Source of the DNA: an uncultured delta proteobacterium
GTDB lineage: Bacteria; Desulfobacterota; Desulfobacteria; Desulfobacterales; SG8-13
DNA: 64,000 nt
Direction: 5' to 3'
Assembly: GCA_963848135.1 (NCBI GenBank)
Contig: CAWKCK010000017.1
Coordinates: 806,001-870,000, forward strand
Position numbers and translations under genes: made by a program. How positions within the stretch are numbered: the stretch's first letter is position 1; every line of letters begins with the position of its first letter. The notes beneath the pieces are model-generated. The model had not been told where the DNA came from, ran no database searches, and worked only from the letters and a program-made list of their open reading frames with translations. Positions 43,358 through 57,853 of the stretch are shown here, piece after piece.

Positions 43358-44146
43358 ATGATGGCAAAGAAACGGCTAATCGTATGTTTTCTAATGACAG
43401 GCCTGGTCGTAACGGGATGCGTACAGAAGACGAAGACCGTCAAACCGGACCAGCGGCCGGACAGTTCAATTGTGTTCAAAAGTAATCGAATAAAACATCT
43501 AGAAGAAGAAAATGCCCGCCTCACGGCAGAATCGGTTGAGCTGCGCCAGAAACAGGCTGCGCTTCAGAAATCCAATTCACAGCTGGCCGACAATATAAAG
43601 AATCTGTCTGAACAAACCCAAAAACTCAAAGCTGAGCTGGATCGCCAGCGGTCCATGGTCCGGTTACAGCAACAGGTCATCAAACTGTTGGATGATACCA
43701 AGAAAACCATCGAATCGAGTCTCAAGGACCAGATCGATTCAAAAGGTATTGAAATTGTCGACACGACGGATCGTCTGAAAGTGGTGCTGACCGACAAAAT
43801 ACTTTTTGACCCGGGCAGCCAGGAAATTAGTGCTGAAGGTAAAAAACTTCTGCTGGCGCTGGCAGATTCCTTTAAAATGGATGACACTTATCATATCGTA
43901 GTGGAAGGGCACACGGACAATGTTCCCCTGGGAAAACGCCTGAAAAAGCGGTATCCCACAAATTGGGAACTGGCTGCTGCAAGAGCGGCATCCGTTGTTC
44001 GTTTCTTGCAGTGGCAGGGAGGGGTCGATCCAAAGCGCCTTTCGCTGGTCAGCTATGCCGCTTACCGCCCGGTGGTGCCCAATAATACAGATGAGGGCCG
44101 ACGTCAGAACCGACGCATCGTCATTACTCTCGGATCACCACAATAG
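43358..44146 (+). CDS. MotB/OmpA-family lipoprotein with coiled coil
   Basis: Lipobox VVTGC, coiled coil, ILFDPGS, VEGHTDNVP, TNWEL, NRRIVI. Start set at ATG 43358. Confidence 0.85.
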   Translation: MMAKKRLIVCFLMTGLVVTGCVQKTKTVKPDQRPDSSIVFKSNRIKHLEEENARLTAESVELRQKQAALQKSNSQLADNIKNLSEQTQKLKAELDRQRSMVRLQQQVIKLLDDTKKTIESSLKDQIDSKGIEIVDTTDRLKVVLTDKILFDPGSQEISAEGKKLLLALADSFKMDDTYHIVVEGHTDNVPLGKRLKKRYPTNWELAAARAASVVRFLQWQGGVDPKRLSLVSYAAYRPVVPNNTDEGRRQNRRIVITLGSPQ

Positions 44147-44216
44147 TTCGAATCAGAATTACGGGAAGGTTGAATCAGTCGTTCTTGAAACGATGGGGTG
44201 GTGGATGGCGGCAGTC

Positions 44217-47165
44217 TCAGTGATTATTCATCACTTCACTCAATTTGGAAGACAGGCTGAATATATCGTACGGTTTTTGCAGCAAACCGATTCCCCCCTG
44301 ACGGATGATCTCGTCGGCTTGACGCGAATGGCTATAGCCGCTAATCAAAAGGACCCGGATGTCGGGATTGATCTGTTTTAGCTGATCGAAAGTCTCCTTA
44401 CCGTTCATGCCGGGCATAATCATGTCAAGGGTAATCAGGTCGAAATCCTGCCGGCTTTCGCGATAGAGGCGCAACGCTTCCTCCCCGTTTCTGGCGGACT
44501 GCACGTCATAGCCCAGCTCTCGCATCATCAGCTCCGTCGCAATGATCGACCCCTCCTCGTCGTCGACAACCAGAATCTTCCCTTTGCCCCTGGCAATCTT
44601 TTCCTCACGAAAGGCCGGTTTTTCAGGCACATCGGTATCAGCGACCGGAAGGTAGATCCTGAAGGTCGTACCGTGCCCCCTTCGGCTGTCCACCTGAATG
44701 GCGCCTTTGTGGGTTTTGATAATGCCATATGCAGACGCAAGTCCCAAACCGGTACCCTTCCCTAACCCTTTTGTGGTGAAAAAGGGTTCGAATATCCGTT
44801 CCATTGTATCGCGGTCCATGCCGTCACCGCTATCGCTGACAGATATCTTGACATATTCGCCGGCCTGAATGCCGATCCGCTTGCAAAACGCATCCGACAA
44901 ATAAATATTTTCAGTCTTGATCGTCAGTTGGCCACCTTGCGGCATCGCCTGCCAAGCGTTGACATACAGGTTGATCAAAACTTGTTCGATCTGGCCGCGA
45001 TCGGCCTTCACCGGATGAATATCCTCTCGGCAATTCAGATGCAGCTCGATCTCTTTACGGGTGCTGATGAACATCCGTGTGCTTTCTTCCACAAGCGTGT
45101 TGATACAGATCGGCTTGATCTCATATTGCCCTTTTCTGGCAAACCCCAACAACTGATTCGTAAGATTGGTGGCACTTAAAATCGTTTTCTCGATCGGCTC
45201 GATATGATCGAAATGCGGTTGCTTTGGATCGGACTGCATTCGAATCATTGACAACCGACCCTGGATCCCCATTAACAGGTTATTGAAATCATGCGCAATG
45301 CCTCCTGCAAGGGTGCCGATCGCTTCCATTTTTTGCGCATGAATCAATTGGGCTTCGAGTTTATTTTTCTCCTCTTCAATCTGCAATTGTGCGGTGATAT
45401 CGACAACTTGAGCGACGAGTTTTTCCTGCCCATTGGAATCCTCGAATCGATTTGCGGTAATCCTCACCGTTCGCGGCTCTGCGTCCTTTCCAATGACCTG
45501 ATATACTGCCGGGGGCTTCAAATTAGATGGATCGCTCGACCGCATCAGATAATCGATCGTGAAGGGCGGACCGCCCTCCACGAGGTAATCTTTAAAACGG
45601 CTGTATTCCAGAGCTTGGATCGGCTGATCGAGAATTTTCGATAATACACGGTTGGCAAAAAGAATTTGGAGGTGCTCATCGAGAACCATAATGCCATCAC
45701 TGGAATTCTCGACCACCGAACGATAGCGTTCCTCACTCTCCCTCAACGCCTTTTCCGCCTCCACCCTGCGGCTGATGTCCCTGGCGACATTCAAGATAAC
45801 TGAACTGGATCGATATAGAATCGGCCGGGAATGGATTTCAACCGGTACAACACTGCCGTCACTTTTACGATGCATGGTTTCAAGAGTCAGTTTGTCAACT
45901 GGGGAAGCATCATCCACCGGTTGCTCCAGGGCCAGGATCCGGTGAGCGTCTTGCGCGGGTAGCAGTTTATCCAATCCCAATTCATAAAACTCTGCGGGTG
46001 GATATCCGAGCGGAGAATAGGCTGCGGTGTTTGCAACCAGGAGCTTCCCGGAGAGGTCCACGATGTATACGGCATCGCCGACATTTTCGAAGAGTTCCCT
46101 GTATCGGGAACGTTCCTCGGCGTCCTTCAAGTTGGAAAGCATGTAATTGAAGGCCTCCGACATCTGGTCAAACTCCCAGTAAGGACCGGTTTGTTCGAAA
46201 AGCAGGTCTTTCTGCCCTTCGGATATTTGCATGGCCTTGCGGGTCATATCCCGCAACGGCCTGGTCATCCGGCGTCCGATTAAAAAAGCGATCAGCACGG
46301 CAGCAACCAATACGAGGCCGGAGAAAAGGCCCATCAACAGCGTCACTCTCCCCTTTTCTAAATTTAGCGGCTTCAGGGATGACAGAAAATAGACGTGCTC
46401 GAATTCAGATATTCTGGTATAGGCGTAGTCGCTGCCAATGGTACCGATGTCCGAACCTTCCACAACGGGCTTGAAAGCCCTGAGGTTTAAAGACAGCGGC
46501 TTGCCGGTGACGAGAGAATAAAGCGTGTCAGATTTGATAAACGCAATCTCCCCCTCGACGGCCTCGCGGAAAGCGGTAACAAGCTCCCTGTCATTGAGGA
46601 TGTCATAGAGGGCGTAGGCGGTCCCCATACGTCCTTCCGTATGCATGATCGGCATTGAAAAGAGCCAGAGCAGCCGGGTCGTTTTTCGATCCTGAAAAAT
46701 CTCACCCCGTGGTCTGATTTTCAGCACGGATCGAATGAGCTCATCGGAAAAAACGTTATTATTTTCTGGACAGATTGTTCGATTGGAATAATTCTGAACA
46801 AAGAAATAAGTGCCATTGCCGTGCGGATAGGACTGCGTGATATGTTCGGACAACTGGGCCCGAGCCCCCAGCATAACCGTCACTCGGATGGTGTTGTCGG
46901 AACTCATCTCCTTCAGGACGGTGTCGATGGCGGTCATGCGGTTGTTAATGAGAAGTTCCACCTGCCCTTTTTGGGCCCGCACTTTTTTCTGGAACTCGAC
47001 ATCCACCCGGCGACTGAAATACCCGTTTAACACAAACAGGCTCACGAACACTGAAAGGGTGATTAACGAGATGATGGTTGCCATCAACACCGTGGAGAAA
47101 CGTCGGCGTGTTTTGGAACCCGATCGGAAAGATTGGGGGACTTTCTTGTCTGGCGTCGCGACCAT
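44217..47165 (-). CDS. Membrane hybrid sensor kinase (2 TM, HAMP, 2x PAS, HisKA, HATPase, REC)
   Basis: Two TM segments, PAS motifs (RYRELFEN, RYRSVVEN), QKMEAIGTLAGGIAHDFNNLL, GTGLGL, REC ILVVDDE...LDMIMP. Confidence 0.92.
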   Translation of the reverse strand: MVATPDKKVPQSFRSGSKTRRRFSTVLMATIISLITLSVFVSLFVLNGYFSRRVDVEFQKKVRAQKGQVELLINNRMTAIDTVLKEMSSDNTIRVTVMLGARAQLSEHITQSYPHGNGTYFFVQNYSNRTICPENNNVFSDELIRSVLKIRPRGEIFQDRKTTRLLWLFSMPIMHTEGRMGTAYALYDILNDRELVTAFREAVEGEIAFIKSDTLYSLVTGKPLSLNLRAFKPVVEGSDIGTIGSDYAYTRISEFEHVYFLSSLKPLNLEKGRVTLLMGLFSGLVLVAAVLIAFLIGRRMTRPLRDMTRKAMQISEGQKDLLFEQTGPYWEFDQMSEAFNYMLSNLKDAEERSRYRELFENVGDAVYIVDLSGKLLVANTAAYSPLGYPPAEFYELGLDKLLPAQDAHRILALEQPVDDASPVDKLTLETMHRKSDGSVVPVEIHSRPILYRSSSVILNVARDISRRVEAEKALRESEERYRSVVENSSDGIMVLDEHLQILFANRVLSKILDQPIQALEYSRFKDYLVEGGPPFTIDYLMRSSDPSNLKPPAVYQVIGKDAEPRTVRITANRFEDSNGQEKLVAQVVDITAQLQIEEEKNKLEAQLIHAQKMEAIGTLAGGIAHDFNNLLMGIQGRLSMIRMQSDPKQPHFDHIEPIEKTILSATNLTNQLLGFARKGQYEIKPICINTLVEESTRMFISTRKEIELHLNCREDIHPVKADRGQIEQVLINLYVNAWQAMPQGGQLTIKTENIYLSDAFCKRIGIQAGEYVKISVSDSGDGMDRDTMERIFEPFFTTKGLGKGTGLGLASAYGIIKTHKGAIQVDSRRGHGTTFRIYLPVADTDVPEKPAFREEKIARGKGKILVVDDEEGSIIATELMMRELGYDVQSARNGEEALRLYRESRQDFDLITLDMIMPGMNGKETFDQLKQINPDIRVLLISGYSHSRQADEIIRQGGIGLLQKPYDIFSLSSKLSEVMNNH

Positions 47166-47280
47166 AACCGTCTCGGAATATGGAATGCGGCAGGCAGGGA
47201 CAAAAGCGCTAACCGCATGATTACATGCAGATACGTTTAGAAATTATGACAAATATGGTATTTTTGTGCAATATAATAAA

Positions 47281-47880
47281 ATGAAAAAGCAAACCACGCT
47301 CCACCCCGTTATCCTCCCGGTTCCCGCAAACGCGCGTCAGCTATCACCCCGTTCGCGAGTTGTCTATCTGAGTCGCCACGCCCGCGAGGCACTCAAACTT
47401 TCCGCCGAAATGAGCGGCTTCGATTGGGGTGAACCGCTCAAAGGAGAAGACGGGCAACCGTTACCGACAAATGGTATTTATTGGTCGCTGACGCATAAAC
47501 CTGACTATGTTGCGGCTGTTGTTGCCCAACGCCCGATTGGCATCGACGTCGAAAAAATTACCGAGCGTAAAACTGCTGCTATATTCGACAAAGTCGCGGA
47601 CCCGAATGAATGGGCGCTTATCGGCGCGAGGTCCTGGGAAGGATTTCACCGCTACTGGACGGCAAAGGAAGCGGTATTGAAAGCTGAAGGCACGGGACTG
47701 AGGGGCCTGTCGCATTGCCGCGTGATCGAAATTCCGGATGCGTTCAACCTGATCCTTCGGGTAGGGGATCGCAGAATGATGGTTGAGCATCATTATTTCG
47801 ACAACCATATTGCATCGATCGTCAAATCTGCCGCGAATGTTTGCTGGGCGCTAGTGAATTCGCCCCAAGATCCGGCTTGA
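47281..47880 (+). CDS. Sfp/EntD-type 4'-phosphopantetheinyl transferase
   Basis: GQP, WSLTH, IGIDVE, WTAKEAVLKAEG. Confidence 0.88.
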   Translation: MKKQTTLHPVILPVPANARQLSPRSRVVYLSRHAREALKLSAEMSGFDWGEPLKGEDGQPLPTNGIYWSLTHKPDYVAAVVAQRPIGIDVEKITERKTAAIFDKVADPNEWALIGARSWEGFHRYWTAKEAVLKAEGTGLRGLSHCRVIEIPDAFNLILRVGDRRMMVEHHYFDNHIASIVKSAANVCWALVNSPQDPA

Positions 47881-47926
47881 TCGATATGGGATAAGGAGCA
47901 GCCGGATATATCACAAGTATCCACGA

Positions 47927-48631
47927 TTACGCCTTTGACTGCGACGGACCAGAAGGGGTTAAGACGATCTTACCCTCATCTCGGAGCAAACGTAACCCGA
48001 ACATCATAATCGTCTTTTCCAGAGGACGCCCAAAAATAAAGTCGAGCATTTCCGGTTCTATCTGACACTTCTCGATTACCAGCTGTCTGAGTTGGCTGTC
48101 GTAGTTGATGCTCTCGCTAAGTTCGACGGTCCAATGTTCTTTATCACCTTTTTTCAACTTTGAAATAAGGTGTCCCAGACGACCGTAACCGCACCGCTTT
48201 TCGTGGTCGGCAACCAGTTCCCACAACCCGGCCACATTCTCCAGGATGTCCTTGCGAGATAGCCGGTCCCGTTCATACATCTCTTCGATTGCCTGTGTAT
48301 CCCAGCACTTAAGCAGTCGGCACTCAAGGGGGCGATCGGCGTAAATCCGGCACTTTTCACTCTGGTCAACATAAAAAGTGCATACGCCCATATCTGCTTT
48401 GCTTTTAATTTTGATAATCTCCGAATTCACGGGTAGAAGGCCGCCGCGAATGGGGTCGTGGACCAGTTCACCCAAGCGAATCGTATAGAGATATCGGAGC
48501 TGGATTATCCCCTTCTCGATCAGCGGACGGTCTTCACCGTGAAATGCCGGCCCGCCTTTTTTACAGCAGATGCCGCAACACTGACAGGATGAGATTTCAC
48601 TGGCAGATGTATTTTGGGGGGCTGATTTCAT
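47927..48631 (-). CDS. YkgJ-family cysteine-cluster protein
   Basis: CQCCGICC, CTF, CRIYADRPLECR. Confidence 0.85.
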   Translation of the reverse strand: MKSAPQNTSASEISSCQCCGICCKKGGPAFHGEDRPLIEKGIIQLRYLYTIRLGELVHDPIRGGLLPVNSEIIKIKSKADMGVCTFYVDQSEKCRIYADRPLECRLLKCWDTQAIEEMYERDRLSRKDILENVAGLWELVADHEKRCGYGRLGHLISKLKKGDKEHWTVELSESINYDSQLRQLVIEKCQIEPEMLDFIFGRPLEKTIMMFGLRLLRDEGKIVLTPSGPSQSKA

Positions 48632-48734
48632 GTTTGTTATGTCACTAAGGGCTCGGAGAAAGTTTTTCTATTATCGTAAAGGAATCAAATTCTTCTTCGC
48701 AATGCCCCATAAGCCTGAACTGGTTCTTTATCAT

Positions 48735-48775
48735 AAAAGGGAAAGGACCGCTGGCTAATCCCAAACGGTCCTTTC
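48735..48775 (-). terminator. Intrinsic terminator after PFOR gene
   Basis: Inverted repeat gaaaggaccg (48741-48750) / cggtcctttc (48766-48775), followed on the minus strand by CCUUUUAU. Confidence 0.65.
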
Positions 48776-48821
48776 GTCTCTTGCAGTAGGAAAAAATCCG
48801 AATTGATATACCCGCCTCGTA

Positions 48822-52373
<3,552 letters not shown>

Positions 52374-52616
52374 TTATCTTGATGTGAATGGATGTCAACG
52401 AGGAAACTTAGCGCTGGCATCCAAAGCGTATTGGCCTCATTCATTCGCAATTGCTCAAACAGTGACTTTTATTGTACGCCCCTCGGTTTGTAAAGCGATA
52501 GTTTTTTAAAGTTTATTTATATTTTGAATTAAATTCATCGCCTGGGCAATCGAAGGCCTCCCCTGCCTTATCCTGGATAGATCACGCCGTATTCGGCATT
52601 AGCAGGGTATTCAAGA

Positions 52617-54224
52617 TCATAGCAGGTTTTCAAAAAAGTCGTTTCCTTTGTCATCCACGATGATAAACGCCGGAAAATCTTTAACGGTAATCTGATAAAT
52701 CGCCTCCATTCCAAGTTCCGGATAGGCAATGATGTCTACTGCCGTAATACACTCTTTGCCCAGGCGGGCCGCCGGACCACCGATGGATCCGAGATAGAAG
52801 CCACCATATTTGTTGCACGACTCGGTGACGATTTTCGACCGGTTGCCTTTGGCCAGCATCACCAGACTCCCTCCCTGCTCCTGGAATTCCGGCACGTAAG
52901 GGTCCATTCGTCCGGCAGTCGTCGGACCGAAAGAACCCGATGCATACCCCATGGGGGTTTTGGCCGGTCCGGCGTAATAAATGATGTGGTCCTTTACAAA
53001 CTGCGGCAGTCCTTCTCCATGTTGGAGTCTTTCGCTGAGCCTGGCATGGGCGATGTCCCGGGCCACCACGATCTTGCCGGTCAAGAGCAGGCGTGTTGCC
53101 ACCGGAAACTTTGACAGATCAGCCCTGATGTCATCCATGGGGCGGTTCAGATCGATAGGCACGGCATCAGCGTCCTCGCTGACGGGCTCAGGCAGATATT
53201 TTGCCGGCTCGCGTTCCAAACGCTCGAGAAGGATTCCTTCCCGGGTTATTTTGGCCTTTACATTACGGTCGGCACTGCAGCTGACGCCCATTCCTATAGG
53301 GCAGGAGGCACCGTGCCGTGGCAGGCGAATAACGCGGACATCATGGCAGAAGTACTTTCCACCAAATTGAGCCCCGATACCCGACTTTTGGGCCAGACGC
53401 AACAGTTGGCCCTCGAGATCCTTATCCCGGAAAGCATGCCCGGACTCGTTACCGGAAGTCGGTAATGAATCGAGATATCCGGCAGTGGCAAGTTTAACGG
53501 TTTTAAGGTTGGCTTCGGCTGACGTTCCACCAACCACAAATGCCAGATGATAAGGCGGACAGGCCGCAGTCCCCAAATTCTTCATCTTGCTCCCCAGAAA
53601 ATCGACCAGTTTACCCGGGGTTAGGATGGCTTTTGTTTCCTGGTAGAGATACGTTTTATTCGCCGAGCCGCCACCCTTGGCGATAAACAAAAAAGAGTAG
53701 GCACTCCCCTGGGTGGCGTACAAATCGATTTGAGCCGGCAGGTTACATCCGGTGTTTTTTTCCTCATACATGCTGAGGGGGGCGTTCTGAGAATAGCGCA
53801 AGTTACTTGTGGTGTATGCCCGGTAAATGCCTTGCGACAAGGCCTCTTCATCGCATCCGCCGGTGATGATCTGCTGACCTTTCTTACCGATAACTATCGC
53901 GGTTCCGGTGTCCTGGCACATGGGGAATATGCCTTCTGCGGAAATAACGGCATTCTTGAGCATCTCGAGGGCCACATAACGGTCGTTATCGGAAGCATCG
54001 GGATCCTTCAATACTTTCCCCAGAAGATTCAAATGAGACGGCCGCAGCAGGTGAGCCACGTCGGTGAAAGCCTGTTCGGCCAACAGGGTCAAAGCTTGCG
54101 GCTCGACTTTCAGGAATTCTTTTCCATCGAGCGTCAGCGTGGATACATGTTCCCGTGTTAGCTGGACGTATTCGGTCATGTCTTTAGACAGGGGGAACAT
54201 CTCCTGGTATGAAAACTTAGGCAT
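52617..54224 (-). CDS. Class I Fe-S fumarate hydratase (FumA/FumB type)
   Basis: [46 protein letters not shown] at 54224 with AAGGAGG RBS. Confidence 0.95.
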   Translation of the reverse strand: MPKFSYQEMFPLSKDMTEYVQLTREHVSTLTLDGKEFLKVEPQALTLLAEQAFTDVAHLLRPSHLNLLGKVLKDPDASDNDRYVALEMLKNAVISAEGIFPMCQDTGTAIVIGKKGQQIITGGCDEEALSQGIYRAYTTSNLRYSQNAPLSMYEEKNTGCNLPAQIDLYATQGSAYSFLFIAKGGGSANKTYLYQETKAILTPGKLVDFLGSKMKNLGTAACPPYHLAFVVGGTSAEANLKTVKLATAGYLDSLPTSGNESGHAFRDKDLEGQLLRLAQKSGIGAQFGGKYFCHDVRVIRLPRHGASCPIGMGVSCSADRNVKAKITREGILLERLEREPAKYLPEPVSEDADAVPIDLNRPMDDIRADLSKFPVATRLLLTGKIVVARDIAHARLSERLQHGEGLPQFVKDHIIYYAGPAKTPMGYASGSFGPTTAGRMDPYVPEFQEQGGSLVMLAKGNRSKIVTESCNKYGGFYLGSIGGPAARLGKECITAVDIIAYPELGMEAIYQITVKDFPAFIIVDDKGNDFFENLL

Positions 54225-54250
54225 GTCAAACCTCCTTGGTATTAGAATGC

Positions 54251-54279
54251 TTTGTAGAAACATGCCCCGCCGGTGTCAA
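54251..54279 (-). promoter_or_regulatory. Sigma70-type promoter for fumarase
   Basis: Minus strand TTGACA (54279-54274), 17-nt spacer, TACAAA (54256-54251). Confidence 0.5.
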
Positions 54280-54526
54280 GGATAATTCCGTGCAAGGCGG
54301 GATACCCGTTTTGCAAAAAAGTGATTGTCCTTTTGTGCCTGAGCCGTTAATCTCGTGAATGTGGTGATCGAATGCACCCTGCCCCCAGAGGCAGGGCCGT
54401 TTTATATTGATCCGTTTGTTTACAGAGGCTGCCAGCCATACAGGATGAGCCGGGAGGGAATATGGACTTATTTGCTGTGTTGGGAATCGACCAGGTCAGC
54501 CATATACCAAAAACCGGGAGTCAAAC

Positions 54527-55147
54527 GTGATCGTCGCGGGGTTGACAGGTGGCATTGGCACGGGAAAATCCACAGTTTCTGCTATATTCGAGGAAGCCGG
54601 AGCTGTCATTATCGATGCGGACAAAATCGCCAGGGACGTCGTGGAAAAGGGCCGACCGGCGTGGCAGAAAATCGTCAAACAATTCGGTCGTGAGGTTTTG
54701 CTACCAGACGAGAACATCGACCGGAAGCGTTTGGCGGACATCATTTTCAACGATTCGCAACAGAAAGACCGCCTCAATCGAATTGTCCATCCATATATCA
54801 TTGCAGAGACCGACCGCAGGCTGAAGGAGATAGAGAGGGATCAGCCCGATGCGGTAGTCATTCTGGACGTACCCCTGCTCATTGAAGCCGGCATGGCCCG
54901 GGATCTGGCCGAAATCATCGTGGTCTGTGTCCCGGAAACGGTCCAGCAACAACGACTTATGGACAGAGATAGATTCAGCGCAGCAGAAGCCCTGGCGCGT
55001 ATCCGTTCCCAAATGCCCATTGAAAAAAAGAAAGCGAGAGCCACCATCCTGATTGACAACAGCGCCTCACCGGCTGTTACGCGAAAAATCGCGTTAAAAG
55101 TGTTCGAGAGCCTACGGCAGCGGTCTCGCAGCCGGCGCCGGTCATGA
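54527..55147 (+). CDS. coaE: Dephospho-CoA kinase
   Basis: GLTGGIGTGKSTV, IDAD, LNRIVHP, DVPLLIE, RIRSQMP. Confidence 0.95.
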   Translation: MIVAGLTGGIGTGKSTVSAIFEEAGAVIIDADKIARDVVEKGRPAWQKIVKQFGREVLLPDENIDRKRLADIIFNDSQQKDRLNRIVHPYIIAETDRRLKEIERDQPDAVVILDVPLLIEAGMARDLAEIIVVCVPETVQQQRLMDRDRFSAAEALARIRSQMPIEKKKARATILIDNSASPAVTRKIALKVFESLRQRSRSRRRS

Positions 55148-55346
55148 CACATTCTGAATCCGATATGGGGACCGGTCCGGGCGTCGCTTCGGGTTGAACC
55201 GTCGGAAGGACAGAATATAATGGCCACCTGTTTCTGATTGATTGCCAAGTGTTATTTACGGTCCTATTTTTCCCTTTAAGATACACAGGTTCGAATCGAG
55301 GCTGTTATGTTCTACGCGTTGGTCACAACGGTTACAGGAGGTGAGT

Positions 55347-55784
55347 ATGGAAAATTTGACGGCAAAACCGGTCATTGACAATTTAAAAAAGATCACCCTT
55401 TCCGTTACAGTGGGAACCTCCCCACAGAAGTCGGATATCATCGATCACCCGGAATCTTTCAAGTTTATCTTCGGTTTAGGGGTAGACGGGCTGACACCCT
55501 TCGAGTATGCCCTGGCAGGCAAGTCCATCGGAGATGAGATCCGATTGCAGTTAAAAACCGAAGAATTAAACCGAATTTTTCGTCACATCATTCCACCTTT
55601 CGTAAATAAATTGGTCAACCGTGGCGAATTATTCCTAACCGCTAAGATAACTGCGGTTGAGCCCACCGATAGTCGTGAAGTCATTCGGGCGATGGCTGAA
55701 ATGGCCGAGTGCGGTAGCGCATGTGACTGCGGATGTGGATGTGGCGATAGCGAAAGCGCCGCACACGGGCCCGATCGTTTCTGA
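55347..55784 (+). CDS. Small divergent SlyD/FKBP-like protein with Cys-rich tail
   Basis: FKFIFGLGVDGLTPFEYALAGKSIGDE resembles the FKBP core of SlyD; tail ECGSACDCGCGCG. AGGAGG RBS before ATG 55347. Confidence 0.55.
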   Translation: MENLTAKPVIDNLKKITLSVTVGTSPQKSDIIDHPESFKFIFGLGVDGLTPFEYALAGKSIGDEIRLQLKTEELNRIFRHIIPPFVNKLVNRGELFLTAKITAVEPTDSREVIRAMAEMAECGSACDCGCGCGDSESAAHGPDRF

Positions 55785-55838
55785 AATCGATTTTTTCTCG
55801 TCCCAGGGAGCATCTCCACCACTGCATCGGGGTTAAAT

Positions 55839-57599
55839 ATGAATAAAAGCACACCCAGCAGCCAACTGGCAAAAACCGGGGCAGAGGCAATCTATGATAG
55901 CTTTGACAGCTTTCACAACCAGTTCAAGTCAATAACGCTCCGCGCCGGGACCCGCTTCCTCAATCGAGAATGGCCGGGCGTCCAAGAAGACGCCGCCCGG
56001 CGCCTGGGGCTGTACCGCAACAAAGTCGGAGAGATCGAAGTGGAGATACGCCGGCTGCTTGGGGTTTTTTTCATTGACCGGTCCGTTTGGATGGCGATGA
56101 ATTCCATATATTCGGGACTGATTCGGCAACGAAACGATTGGGATATTGCCGAAACCTATTTTAATTCAGTCACCCGCCGCATCTTTTCCACGGTCGGGGT
56201 CGATCCTCAAATCGAGTTCGTCAACAGCGACTTCGATACACCACCCTCATCAACCGTCAATAATGTATACCGCAGTTACCTACCCCCAAACGACTCAACG
56301 GATGCATCAGAACTTATCCTCAACATTCTCGAGGATTGCGACATCAAAGCAAATATGCAATACCCCGACCAATGGGCCGCAGCAGCGGCCGAGCACATCC
56401 GACAGCATATCGACACCGGCAATTGTTTCACGCCGGTCGAACGGATAGATATGGTCTGCAGTATCTTCTATCGCAGCAAGGGCGCGTATCTCCTGGGACG
56501 CATTATCACCGCACAGGACCAATGGCCTTTCGCTATCGCCCTGCAGCATCCCCAAGAAGGGATTGAAATCGATGCCGTCTTGCTTGATGAGGAGAGCCTC
56601 AGCATCTTGTTCTCCTTTACCCGTTCGTATTTCCTCGCCTGCACAGACCGTCCCTACGATCTGGTCCGTTTTTTGAAAAGCATCATGCCGCATAAACGCA
56701 TCGCCGAACTCTACAACGCCATTGGTTACAACAAACACGGCAAAACAGAGCTTTACCGTGACATTGTAAACTTTACCCGAGAATGCGGCAGCGAACAGTT
56801 TGCCCTTTCACCCGGCAAACCCGGCTTGGTCATGATTGTTTTCAATATGGCCCACGATGATCTGGTGATCAAACTGATCCGTGACCGTTTCAGTAGCCCG
56901 AAAACCACGACACGAAACGAGGTTATCGACAAGTATGAATTGGTTTTCCGGCACGATCGGGCCGGTCGACTGGTGGAAGCACATACTTTCGAATACCTGA
57001 AATTCGACCGCTGCTGGTTCTCTGATGAACTTCTGGATGAGCTTCGAAGGGAGGCTGATGAAACGGTCGTGATTCAGGAAAGCGATGTCGTTATCCGGCA
57101 CGCTTATGTGGAACGACGGGTCACGCCCTTGGACATCTATTTGCGCACTACCGATCTCGAATCCGCATCCGCAGCATTGGTGGATTATGGCAATGCCATC
57201 AAGGACCTGGCCGTCAGTAATATTTTCCCCGGTGATATGCTACTGAAAAATTTCGGAGTCACCCGGCACGGTCGCGTCGTATTCTATGATTACGACGAGC
57301 TTTGCCCCTTGATGGTCTGCAATTTCCGAAAAATACCGCCAACACGATTTGAAGAGGATGAACTGGCGGATGAGCCTTGGTATTTGGTGGGGCCAAACGA
57401 TGTTTTCCCGGAAGAAATGGTACGGTTTCTGGGATTACCGCCCGAACTGCTCGAAATACTCATGCAGCACCATGCCGACCTATTCGGAGTGGATTTCTGG
57501 CTTAACGCTCAGGAAGCCATCAGGGCCGGTGAGATCATTCACATCTTGCCGTATCCGCAAAATAAGCGCCTGATCCTGACGAGACCGCATATTAATTGA
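55839..57599 (+). CDS. aceK: Isocitrate dehydrogenase kinase/phosphatase
   Basis: AETYFNS, FYRSKGAY, FSFTRSYF, KHGKT, HDRAGR, NIFPGDMLLKNFGVTRHGRVVFYDYDE. Confidence 0.95.
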   Translation: MNKSTPSSQLAKTGAEAIYDSFDSFHNQFKSITLRAGTRFLNREWPGVQEDAARRLGLYRNKVGEIEVEIRRLLGVFFIDRSVWMAMNSIYSGLIRQRNDWDIAETYFNSVTRRIFSTVGVDPQIEFVNSDFDTPPSSTVNNVYRSYLPPNDSTDASELILNILEDCDIKANMQYPDQWAAAAAEHIRQHIDTGNCFTPVERIDMVCSIFYRSKGAYLLGRIITAQDQWPFAIALQHPQEGIEIDAVLLDEESLSILFSFTRSYFLACTDRPYDLVRFLKSIMPHKRIAELYNAIGYNKHGKTELYRDIVNFTRECGSEQFALSPGKPGLVMIVFNMAHDDLVIKLIRDRFSSPKTTTRNEVIDKYELVFRHDRAGRLVEAHTFEYLKFDRCWFSDELLDELRREADETVVIQESDVVIRHAYVERRVTPLDIYLRTTDLESASAALVDYGNAIKDLAVSNIFPGDMLLKNFGVTRHGRVVFYDYDELCPLMVCNFRKIPPTRFEEDELADEPWYLVGPNDVFPEEMVRFLGLPPELLEILMQHHADLFGVDFWLNAQEAIRAGEIIHILPYPQNKRLILTRPHIN

Positions 57600-57853
57600 C
57601 CGTCTTTCGACGAGGCTGAGAAGAAGAATTGATATCGACCCGGGTCATATTCGGAATGGAATTCACCGGCTCAAGGACGTTGCATTCACAATCAGTGATG
57701 ATGGACAATAGTGTTTTTCTTTACATCGCCGGAAAAGTATCTATGATTGAGCAGTCTGGCCAGATGGATCGACTGTCTTTTTCGTCTCGTTATTCATTCT
57801 TTCGAATCGTGAAGTAATATAGATGGGGGTTTTCATCAGTAGGGGAGGTTATC

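Noticed and set aside
57629..57817. 62-aa ORF between aceK and aceB
   Set aside because: TTG start with no motifs; more likely the promoter/leader region of aceB.
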